Source of the DNA: Phascolarctobacterium succinatutens
Lineage (GTDB): Bacteria > Bacillota > Clostridia > Oscillospirales > Oscillospiraceae
Length of the DNA stretch: 40,975 nucleotides
Reading direction: 5' to 3'
Assembly (NCBI GenBank): GCA_963640555.1
Contig: CAVHZB010000011.1
Coordinates: 1 to 40,975 of the forward strand
In this document: piece after piece, positions 18,298 to 25,300 of the stretch
How the letters are laid out: each line of letters begins with the position of its first letter
How positions within the stretch are numbered: the stretch's first letter is position 1
The notes under the pieces: generated by a model
Database searches by the model: none
Told to the model about the DNA's origin: nothing
Seen by the model: the letters and a program-made list of their open reading frames with translations, nothing else
Translations under genes and position numbers: made by a program

Positions 18298-18768
18298 ATG
18301 AGCTTTCTTTATGCGGTGCTGTATATAGCCGCACTTGGCATACTGTCACATTTTCTGGGGCAGGCGCTGCCGAGGGCACACTTTGATGCGGAAAAGTTTC
18401 CGTACCGTGCCGCGCAGTGGGAAAAGGGCGGAAGGACTTATGAAAAGCTCGGTATAAAGCACTGGAAGGACCGGCTTCCGGATATGAGCAGAATAATGCC
18501 CGACATGGTGAAAAAGAAAATGTCGGCAGCCAGGGAGCAGGGCATGGATATGCTCATCAAGGAGACCTGCGTTGCCGAGTGCGTCCACTGGGCGCTGATA
18601 GTTCTGTCACTCGGCATATTTTCGTTCTGGCGCTCGCCGTGGGCGGCAGTCTTCTGGCTGGTGTATAATATTTTCGGCAATCTGCCGTTTATAATCATAC
18701 AGAGGTATAACAGACCGAGGCTCGTTATGCTCGAGCAGAGAAGAAAGAGGAGGGCCGAAAAGGCGTGA
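18298..18768 (+). CDS. CrtO-family membrane acyltransferase (glycosyl-4,4'-diaponeurosporenoate acyltransferase-like)
   Basis: 156 aa with 3 hydrophobic segments. The motifs WEKGGRTYEKLGIKHWKDRLPD and the C-terminal IIQRYNRPRL match my recollection of S. aureus CrtO (..IVQRYNRPRL..). A GGAGGG SD is present. Confidence 0.75.
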   Translation: MSFLYAVLYIAALGILSHFLGQALPRAHFDAEKFPYRAAQWEKGGRTYEKLGIKHWKDRLPDMSRIMPDMVKKKMSAAREQGMDMLIKETCVAECVHWALIVLSLGIFSFWRSPWAAVFWLVYNIFGNLPFIIIQRYNRPRLVMLEQRRKRRAEKA

Positions 18769-20819
18769 AGGTACTTATATTGAGCTGCAGCACCGGCGGA
18801 GGGCACAACAGTGCCGCGTCCGCGATCTGCGAGTATTTTGAGAAAATGGGAAGCCGGTGCGATGTAGTAAACGCTCTCGATTTCCTGCCCAAGGCGCGCG
18901 CGGAGTTTATAAGCCGCGGGCATGAGCTGGCATATAAGTATGCTCCCCACCTGTACGGTGCGGGCTACCGCATAAGCGAGATGATGCCGCAGAACCGCGG
19001 TCTTTACGAGCAGAATGTCAAGGGTGCCGATGAGCTGTGCAAAAAGCTGTTCAGCGGCAGCTACGATGCCGTCATAAGCGTGCATATATTTGCCGCAATG
19101 ATGATGACCGAGCTGAGGATAAACCGGGAGATAAACATCCCGAGCTTTTTCGTCGCAACGGACTACACCTGCTCGCCCGGCGTTTCCGAGATAGACGCGG
19201 ACAAGTACTTCATCCCGCACGAAAAGCTTCGCGATGAGTTCGCCGCGCAGGGCATAATGCCCGGCAAGATAGTCGCATCGGGCATACCGGTCAGGGAGGA
19301 GTTTTGCCGGCGCACCGAAAAGGCGAAGGCAAAGCGTGCCCTCGGCATGAGCGAGGAGGGCAGAATGCTGCTGCTGTGCTGCGGAAGCATGGGCTGCGGT
19401 CCGATACGCAGCATTGCGATGAAGATAGGCGAGGTTCTCGGCGAAAACGATGATCTCGTTATCGTATGCGGCAGCAATCACCAGCTTGAAAGGGATCTGC
19501 AATTCCTGACCGGAGACGATATCCGGATAAAAATATGCGGCTTTACCGATAAGATGAGCCTTTACATGGACGCAGCCGACCTCATCATAACGAAGGCCGG
19601 CGGACTGAGCACCACCGAAGCCGTCATGAAGCGTCTGCCCATACTGTATATCGACGCGGTCCCCGGCTGCGAGAGCCGCAATATCGAGTTCATGACCGGA
19701 AACTCCTATGCGCTTGAGGCGGATACCGCCTCGGGCATGGTGCACCTTGTCGATACCTGTCTCAGCGGGGCGGTGGATCCCATGGAGATGGTGCGCAACC
19801 GCGAAAAGGATTTCCCGTTTACCGCGGCGCAGACGATATACGAAACGGTGAAGACCGAGTACGAGCGCTTTGACAAGGCCCGCTCAGACTCGAAATCCGA
19901 GACGCCTGCCGCGCCCTCAAGGCAGATGCCGGATGCCCGCAAACAGATGATGCTCATAGTAAATCCGGTCGCCGGCAAGGGCGAAATGATGAGGAATATC
20001 GCCGAGGTCACCGGAACATTCATGGACGCGGGCTACCGCGTGAGCCTGTATCCCACGCGCGGCAGGGGCGACGCCGCCGAGTATGTCAGGGCATACGGTG
20101 CCGGCTATGACATGATATGCTGCTCCGGCGGCGACGGCACGATGAACGAGGTCGCCTCCGGCATGGTCAGTGCGGGGCTCGATATCCCCATAGGCTATAT
20201 GCCGTCCGGCTCAACGAACGACTTTGCGGATTTCCACGGCATAAGCTGCGACATAGCAAAAACCGCAAAGCGTATAGTTACGGGCACCGAGCACAGGATA
20301 GATGTCGGCAAGCTGGGAGATAAGTATTTCATAAATGCCGCAGACTTCGGCGCGTTCACATGGCTGCCGTATACCACCCCGCAGCGGCTCAAAAACAAGC
20401 TTGGCTTTTATGCGTATGTGCTCGACGGCATGAAGGATATTGCAAAGATACAGAGCGAGCATCTGCGCATTACGATAAACGGCGAGACCAAGGAGGGCGA
20501 GTACATCTTCGGAATAGTCGCATCCTCAAGCGAGCTTGCCGGAGCGCTCGACTTCTTCGGTCAGAAGGTCGTTGCGGACGACGGGCTGTTCGAGGTCCTG
20601 CTCATCCGCCGCCCGACCTCTCCGGCGGAGCTTCAGGCGACGATAAATGCCCTCGGCAGCCAGAACCTCAACAATGAGCTCATCTCGTTCTGCCGTACCG
20701 ACAGAGTGGAGATAGAGTGCCTCAAAAAGCTTACATGGGCGCTCGACGGCGAAAAATGCGTCGGCGGGAGCAGTCATGCGCTTGAGATGCTGACGCGCAG
20801 GATAGGAATAGTTTACTGA
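18765..20819 (+). CDS. Fusion protein: UgtP/MGDG-synthase-like GT28 diacylglycerol glycosyltransferase (N-terminal) plus DagK/YegS-type lipid kinase (C-terminal)
   Basis: 684-aa ORF. The GTG start overlaps the upstream stop (GTGA). The N-terminal half has ILSCSTGGGHNSAA and a GT28 C-terminal domain (ITKAGGLSTTEA). A ~25-aa S/P/K/R linker follows. The C-terminal half has LIVNPVAGKG and CCSGGDGTMNEV (DAGK_cat). Confidence 0.85.
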   Translation: MKVLILSCSTGGGHNSAASAICEYFEKMGSRCDVVNALDFLPKARAEFISRGHELAYKYAPHLYGAGYRISEMMPQNRGLYEQNVKGADELCKKLFSGSYDAVISVHIFAAMMMTELRINREINIPSFFVATDYTCSPGVSEIDADKYFIPHEKLRDEFAAQGIMPGKIVASGIPVREEFCRRTEKAKAKRALGMSEEGRMLLLCCGSMGCGPIRSIAMKIGEVLGENDDLVIVCGSNHQLERDLQFLTGDDIRIKICGFTDKMSLYMDAADLIITKAGGLSTTEAVMKRLPILYIDAVPGCESRNIEFMTGNSYALEADTASGMVHLVDTCLSGAVDPMEMVRNREKDFPFTAAQTIYETVKTEYERFDKARSDSKSETPAAPSRQMPDARKQMMLIVNPVAGKGEMMRNIAEVTGTFMDAGYRVSLYPTRGRGDAAEYVRAYGAGYDMICCSGGDGTMNEVASGMVSAGLDIPIGYMPSGSTNDFADFHGISCDIAKTAKRIVTGTEHRIDVGKLGDKYFINAADFGAFTWLPYTTPQRLKNKLGFYAYVLDGMKDIAKIQSEHLRITINGETKEGEYIFGIVASSSELAGALDFFGQKVVADDGLFEVLLIRRPTSPAELQATINALGSQNLNNELISFCRTDRVEIECLKKLTWALDGEKCVGGSSHALEMLTRRIGIVY

Positions 20820-20820
20820 T

Positions 20821-21678
20821 ATGGCGGAAGTTGAAAGTATAAGGCTTGCTGCTCTCGATCTTGACGACACAACGCTTATGAGTGACGGCAGCCTTTCGTT
20901 TGAGACGGAGAGCGCGATAATGGCGGCGATAGATGCCGGTATCGAAGTCGTCATCGCCTCGGGCAGAGCGTTTAACTCCCTGCCGAATGCCGTATGCGGG
21001 ATACCGGGCGTACGGTATGCCATAACATCAAACGGAGCCGCAGTCGTACTTAACCCGAGCGGCGAGAGGATAATGAGCCTTACTCTGCATCCGGATGAGA
21101 CCGTCCGGATATTGGAGCTTTTTGACGGAGAGCTGATGGAGGCCTTCATTGACGGACAGGCTTACTGCGACGCACGGTATATGGAAGACCCCGTGCGGTA
21201 CGGCTGCTCGCCGAGATATGTCTCCTATGTAAAAACCACCCGTCTGCCGGTGGAGGACATGCGGGCGTTTATGCTCGAAAGTGCGGGGCGGCTGGACAGT
21301 ATCGACATTATGTGCCGGTCACCGGAGCATAAGGCCATGCTCTGGGAGAGAGCCGGGAGCCTTACGCGGGCGTATGTGACAAGCTCGTCGCCGAGGCTCA
21401 TCGAGATAGCCGATGCGGATGCCGGCAAGGGCGCGGCTCTCAGGCGGCTGTGCCGCGAGCTCAATGTACCGCGCGAGTGCGTCGCCGCGTTCGGAAACGG
21501 CGATAACGACGCGGATATGCTCACCTTTGCCGGAGTAGGAGTCGCGGTAGAAAACGCCGGAGAGCGCTGCCGTGCGGCTGCCGATATTATCTGTCCGGCA
21601 AACGACGATAACGGCGTTGCAAAAATACTATACAGACTGATTGAGGAAAAATATGATTCGAGAGGCAAGGCCCGCTGA
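20821..21678 (+). CDS. Cof-type HAD-IIB family hydrolase (phosphatase)
   Basis: 285 aa with motif I AALDLDDTT and motif IV FGNGDNDADM. It starts 1 nt after the preceding stop. Confidence 0.85.
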   Translation: MAEVESIRLAALDLDDTTLMSDGSLSFETESAIMAAIDAGIEVVIASGRAFNSLPNAVCGIPGVRYAITSNGAAVVLNPSGERIMSLTLHPDETVRILELFDGELMEAFIDGQAYCDARYMEDPVRYGCSPRYVSYVKTTRLPVEDMRAFMLESAGRLDSIDIMCRSPEHKAMLWERAGSLTRAYVTSSSPRLIEIADADAGKGAALRRLCRELNVPRECVAAFGNGDNDADMLTFAGVGVAVENAGERCRAAADIICPANDDNGVAKILYRLIEEKYDSRGKAR

Positions 21679-22174
21679 CATTGAAGCAGTAGTCGGAATT
21701 TACGACAGTATCCACACCGCCGAGGAAAACGGCAGTGCGGTAATAGGCTGGGCAAGAAATGTTTACCCCACGCGAGAGACCGCCGAGGCCGCTCTGCGCA
21801 GGCGCGACCTGTTCGTGCTCGATGAGGACGGAAAAGTGAAGGCGGCGGCGATAATAAACAAAACGCAGGTCGATGTGTACAGGGATGCAGCGTGGAAATT
21901 TAAAGCCGGCGATGACAGGATATGTGTTCTGCACACGCTGGTCGTGGATCCCGCGTGCTCCGGCGGCGGCATAGGCAAGCGCTTTGTCGGCTTTTACGAA
22001 AAGTATGCACTCTCGCGCCGGTGCACGACTCTGCGCATTGACACAAACGAGAAAAACGCGGTCGCCCGCGCCATGTATAAGCGTCTCGGCTACCGCGAGG
22101 CAGATATCGCTCCCTGCGTTTTTAACGGCATCGACGGAGTGAATTTAGTGCTGCTTGAAAAGAAGCTCAAATGA
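21653..22174 (+). CDS. GNAT-family N-acetyltransferase
   Basis: MIREARPADIEAVV... and VVDPACSGGGIGKRF (acetyl-CoA binding Q/RxxGxG/A). ATG 21653 has a GAGGA SD. It overlaps the end of the HAD gene by 26 nt. Confidence 0.85.
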   Translation: MIREARPADIEAVVGIYDSIHTAEENGSAVIGWARNVYPTRETAEAALRRRDLFVLDEDGKVKAAAIINKTQVDVYRDAAWKFKAGDDRICVLHTLVVDPACSGGGIGKRFVGFYEKYALSRRCTTLRIDTNEKNAVARAMYKRLGYREADIAPCVFNGIDGVNLVLLEKKLK

Positions 22175-22203
22175 AAAAAGCGAGGCTCGAGCCTCGCTTT
22201 TTT
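22174..22203. terminator. Bidirectional terminator between GNAT and cinA
   Basis: AAAAAA-GCGAGGC-tcga-GCCTCGC-TTTTTT. Confidence 0.85.
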
Positions 22204-22236
22204 ATTATTACATTATTACAGCCTCGACGGCTTATT

Positions 22237-23511
22237 TTATTCCGCTATGACCTCAAGTCCCTGCATATACCTGCGCATCATATCAAAAATATAGTTTCCG
22301 GAAACTCTGCGGACATAACTGCGCGGCCGCCTGTCGCCGACATGGAGCTCGCGTACGAAGGTCGCGTCTTTTGTAGCAAGTGACACGAAAACGGTGCCCA
22401 CCTCGTGTACGCCGTCGCCGTCGGGACCTGCAAGTCCGGTAACGCCTATGCCCATATCGCTGCCGAGAAGCATGCGCACCCGCTCCGCCATCTCCTTTGC
22501 CACCTCATAGCTTACCGCCGTTTTCTCCCCGATGAGCTCGGGAGATATCCCAAGCAGCTTTACCTTTGCCTCGTTCGTATAGGTAGTAACGCCGCCGAGA
22601 AAGAATTCGCTGGCTCCCGGCATATCGGTAAAGCGCTTTGCAAGCTCCCCGCCCGTGCAGCTCTCGGCTGCCGCAAAGGTCATTTTGTTTTCCTTGAGAA
22701 GCCGCATGACGCTCTCCTCAACGGTATCGACATCTATGCCGAAAACGACATCGCCGAGCACCGAGCAGGCGTGCTCGATGACGGGCTTCATCATCTCCTC
22801 GGCCTTTTCAGCGCTCTCGGCCTTTGCCGTGATCTGCAGCAGGCAGTCGCCCTCCTTGGCATAGGGCGCCATGGTGGGATTTGTCATCGCGTTCATCTCA
22901 TCGCGGAACACCTGGTCCACCGCGCTTTCCGACATTCCGAAAACATGAATGGAGTGGGAGACTATCAGCTCGTCGGAAAGCGACCTGAGAAACGGCATCG
23001 CACAGGCGCGGAACATCGCATTGCATTCCTTGGGGGGTCCCGGCAGCATGAGGACTATCGTACCGTCGGCAGCCTTGAACGCGCAGCCCGGAGCCGTGCC
23101 CCAGTTGTTGTGAAACACCGTGCAGCCCTCCGGAAGCATCGCCTGCTTCAGGTTATTTTCCGTCATCTCCCTGCTGTAGCCCTTGTTGGTGAGATAATCG
23201 TACAGGCATTCCTTCTCGTAATCGTTCATCCTCAGCTCAAGTCCGAACGAGCTTGCAAGTATCTGCTTTGTAAGATCGTCGCAGGTCGGTCCGAGACCGC
23301 CTGTCGAGATGATGATATCCGCGCGCGAGCGGGCTATCTCTATGCAGTCGGCGAGGCGCTGCGGATTGTCGCCGACAACGGTATGGTATTTTACATTGAT
23401 CCCGATCTCGGACAGCATAAGCGATATGTCGCGGGCATCGGTATTGGTCGTGTGACCTAAAAGTATCTCCGTTCCGACGGAGAGTATCTCAGCATTATAT
23501 ACCTTTTCCAA
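22237..23511 (-). CDS. cinA: CinA family: competence/damage-inducible protein A (MoCF-type domain plus nicotinamide-nucleotide amidase domain)
   Basis: 424 aa. N-terminus AEILSVGTEILLGHTTNTDA. The C-terminal CinA/PncC domain has AAESCTGGELA. Confidence 0.9.
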   Translation of the reverse strand: MEKVYNAEILSVGTEILLGHTTNTDARDISLMLSEIGINVKYHTVVGDNPQRLADCIEIARSRADIIISTGGLGPTCDDLTKQILASSFGLELRMNDYEKECLYDYLTNKGYSREMTENNLKQAMLPEGCTVFHNNWGTAPGCAFKAADGTIVLMLPGPPKECNAMFRACAMPFLRSLSDELIVSHSIHVFGMSESAVDQVFRDEMNAMTNPTMAPYAKEGDCLLQITAKAESAEKAEEMMKPVIEHACSVLGDVVFGIDVDTVEESVMRLLKENKMTFAAAESCTGGELAKRFTDMPGASEFFLGGVTTYTNEAKVKLLGISPELIGEKTAVSYEVAKEMAERVRMLLGSDMGIGVTGLAGPDGDGVHEVGTVFVSLATKDATFVRELHVGDRRPRSYVRRVSGNYIFDMMRRYMQGLEVIAE

Positions 23512-23513
23512 GT

Positions 23514-24689
23514 TTATTCGCCTACCTTTATTCTTTCGATGCCGGCATACGCCTCATCCACGAGCGCATCAATGTCCAGAGCTGCTTCTATCCGCTCGAC
23601 ATCCTCAAGCTTGGGCTTTGTTTTGGGATGCTTGGGCGTGAACACCGTGCAGCAGTCCTCATACGGCAGTATCGAGGTATCGAATGTGCCGATCCTGCGT
23701 GCGTGGCGGACGATCTCCTCCTTGTCCATGCCTATGAGCGGCTGAAGCACCGGAAGCTCGGTGACGGCCTGCGTGGACGCCATCGCCTCCATGGTCTGGC
23801 TTGCCACCTGACCGAGATTTTCGCCCGTTACAATAGCTTTGGCGCCGTTTGCCTCGGCTATCCTCTGCGCGATGCGCATCATAAACCGGCGCATGATGAG
23901 CGTGAAATAATCCTCGTCGCACTTGGCGCGTATCTCCTCCTGAATATGCGTAAACGGCACGACCTCAACGGTCATTTTCCCGCAGTACACCGTAAGCAGC
24001 CGTGCAAGCTCTATGACCTTCTGCTTTGCCTGCTCGGATGTATACGGGAACGAGAAAAAGTGCACCGGTATAAGGCGCACGCCGCGCTTTGCTATCATGT
24101 ATGTCGATACCGGACTGTCGATGCCTCCGGACAGCAGCGTTACCGCAACGCCGTTTGCACCCACCGGCATACCGCCGGCACCCGGAGTCGGGGCAGCGTG
24201 GACATAGGCGGCAAGGTCCCGCACCTCAACATGGACCGTGAGCTCCGGAGAATGCACATCGACCTCACAGTCGGGATACGCCTCGGCAAGCTCGCCGCCG
24301 ACGAACTGTGCAAGCTCTATGCTCGTCATAGGAAAGCTTTTATCGCTGCGCTTTGCCTCGCACTTAAAGCTTTTCGCCGCAAGCATGTCGTCTTTAAGAT
24401 ACTCAACGGCAAGCTCGGCTATCTTTTCCGCGTTCTTTTCGCAGCCGGCTGCACGGTTTACCGATGCGATACCGAAAACCTTGGTCATTGCCTCAAACGC
24501 CGCGTCCATGTCGCTCGTTTCGTCTGCGGGCTCTATGTAGACGGTCGACTGCATACAATATACCTTAAATTTTCCGATGGCTTCGAGCCTGCGCTTAATG
24601 TTGCTCATGAGCTTCTGCTCGAACGAGCGGCGGTTAAGTCCCTTGAGGACTATCTCGCCCTGCTTGAGTAGAATAATATCGTTTATCAT
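23514..24689 (-). CDS. thiI: tRNA 4-thiouridine(8) synthase
   Basis: 391 aa. N-terminal ferredoxin-like/THUMP region (LKQGEIVLKGLNRRSFE) and the PP-loop LLSGGIDSPV. There is a 2-nt gap to cinA. Confidence 0.92.
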   Translation of the reverse strand: MINDIILLKQGEIVLKGLNRRSFEQKLMSNIKRRLEAIGKFKVYCMQSTVYIEPADETSDMDAAFEAMTKVFGIASVNRAAGCEKNAEKIAELAVEYLKDDMLAAKSFKCEAKRSDKSFPMTSIELAQFVGGELAEAYPDCEVDVHSPELTVHVEVRDLAAYVHAAPTPGAGGMPVGANGVAVTLLSGGIDSPVSTYMIAKRGVRLIPVHFFSFPYTSEQAKQKVIELARLLTVYCGKMTVEVVPFTHIQEEIRAKCDEDYFTLIMRRFMMRIAQRIAEANGAKAIVTGENLGQVASQTMEAMASTQAVTELPVLQPLIGMDKEEIVRHARRIGTFDTSILPYEDCCTVFTPKHPKTKPKLEDVERIEAALDIDALVDEAYAGIERIKVGE

Positions 24690-24720
24690 TTCTTTTGCTC
24701 CTAACCGTTTTTAACGAGTT

Positions 24721-24749
24721 ATTATATCATTATTTGCGTCAAATCGCAA
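24721..24749 (-). promoter_or_regulatory. Proximal thiI promoter (P2, extended -10)
   Basis: On the minus strand: TTGCGA, a 17-nt spacer, then TGaTATAAT. It sits about 30 nt upstream of the thiI ATG (AGGAG SD). Confidence 0.6.
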
Positions 24750-24778
24750 CAAAAGCTCCGCAAAGCATTTTGCGGAGC
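24747..24778 (-). terminator. Intrinsic-terminator-like hairpin inside the thiI upstream region
   Basis: On the minus strand: GCTCCGCAAA-atgc-TTTGCGGAGC followed by TTTTGTTG. There is no U-run on the plus strand. Confidence 0.6.
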
Positions 24779-24793
24779 ACACACAACATCTAA

Positions 24794-24822
24794 ATTATAT
24801 TAGTTTTTGTGACTTTTGTCAA
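24794..24822 (-). promoter_or_regulatory. Distal consensus sigma-A promoter (P1) firing toward thiI
   Basis: On the minus strand: an exact TTGACA, a 17-nt spacer, then an exact TATAAT. The predicted start (~24787) is only ~9 nt before the terminator hairpin. Confidence 0.65.
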
Positions 24823-24896
24823 TATATTAATAACTTTGTTCATATTTTTTGTATATACGCACAAATTTCCCGTCTAATCTTCATGCAGCATTGCTC

Positions 24897-24925
24897 TTGA
24901 AATAACGGTGCAGATCTGGTATCTT
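24897..24925 (+). promoter_or_regulatory. Candidate plus-strand promoter of the mini transcription unit in the thiI-comM gap
   Basis: TTGAAA, a 17-nt spacer, then TGgTATCTT (extended -10). Confidence 0.4.
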
Positions 24926-24949
24926 TAAATCACGGAAAGGGTGATACCA

Positions 24950-25147
24950 ATGTACATGTAAGAGGCCCTCGAAAACTGGCAGAGGTCCGGCAGCGAGGGT
25001 GACGGTGTCGAAGTCAAAATATTAAGAGGACAGAAAACACAGGCAGTATCCCGCTTTGGGAATGATCTTCTTAAATTCTTTGAGTGTTTGGATTTATGTT
25101 CCGTTGACAGGCGGCACCGACTCCGCAGAAAGAGAGGTAACCAATGA
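24950..25147 (+). pseudogene. SD-led small ORF interrupted by an in-frame TAA at codon 4 (either a 3-codon uORF plus 61 open codons, or a nonsense-inactivated ~65-aa gene)
   Basis: AAAGGGTGA, 5 nt, then ATG TAC ATG TAA. The same frame then stays open for 61 codons (EALENWQRSG...RRHRLRRKRGNQ) to TGA 25145. Confidence 0.25.
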
Positions 25148-25176
25148 TGTTAGATACTAAGAATACACAGAAATGA
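25144..25176 (+). other. 10-codon ORF (MMLDTKNTQK), ATGA-coupled to the preceding frame and ending in the hairpin
   Basis: GAGAGGT SD (25132-25138) lies 5 nt before ATG 25144. The ATG overlaps TGA 25145-25147. Its own TGA (25174-25176) overlaps the first bases of the 25175-25225 stem. Confidence 0.2.
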
Positions 25177-25225
25177 CCCTTGACTGCTGTGAAAACGGTG
25201 TAAAGAAACCGTGCAGTCAAGGGTC
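25175..25225. terminator. Long hairpin (13-bp outer stem plus an inner 5-bp stem)
   Basis: GACCCTTGACTGC ... GCAGTCAAGGGTC with an inner ACGGT/ACCGT stem. On the plus strand it is followed by GTTTCGCGTT, and on the minus strand by ATTTCTGTGTATTCTT. Confidence 0.5.
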
Positions 25226-25261
25226 GTTTCGCGTTCACGAACATTTTTATATTTAATATAT

Positions 25262-25294
25262 CAAGGGCTCTGCGGAGATAACGCAGAGCCCTTG
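25262..25294 (-). terminator. comM-proximal hairpin (13-bp stem)
   Basis: CAAGGGCTCTGCG-gagataa-CGCAGAGCCCTTG, starting 7 nt after the comM stop. It is followed on the minus strand by an A/U-rich tract. Confidence 0.55.
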
Positions 25295-25300
25295 AAGCAT

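Noticed and set aside
24860-25175. Possible known structured RNA in the thiI-comM gap (RNase P RNA, SRP/4.5S RNA, glmS ribozyme, T-box or another riboswitch)
   Set aside because: Only fragmentary resemblances are present (AACTGGCAG, AGGTCCGG, ACAGAAAACA). The conserved cores are absent (GAGGAAAGUCC for RNase P, GGAAGCAGCC for SRP, and the T-box 14-mer). No appropriate downstream gene exists on the plus strand. A covariance-model scan is still advisable.
25071-25244. A 57-aa hydrophobic minus-strand ORF (MFVNAKRPLTARFLYTVFTAVKGHFCVFLVSNIIGYLSFCGVGAACQ...) as a possible type I toxin or small membrane protein
   Set aside because: There is no SD upstream of its ATG, only an A/T-rich tract. It runs straight through the 13-bp hairpin at 25175-25225. 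It also competes with the better-supported plus-strand SD-led frames. I kept it as an unlikely alternative only.
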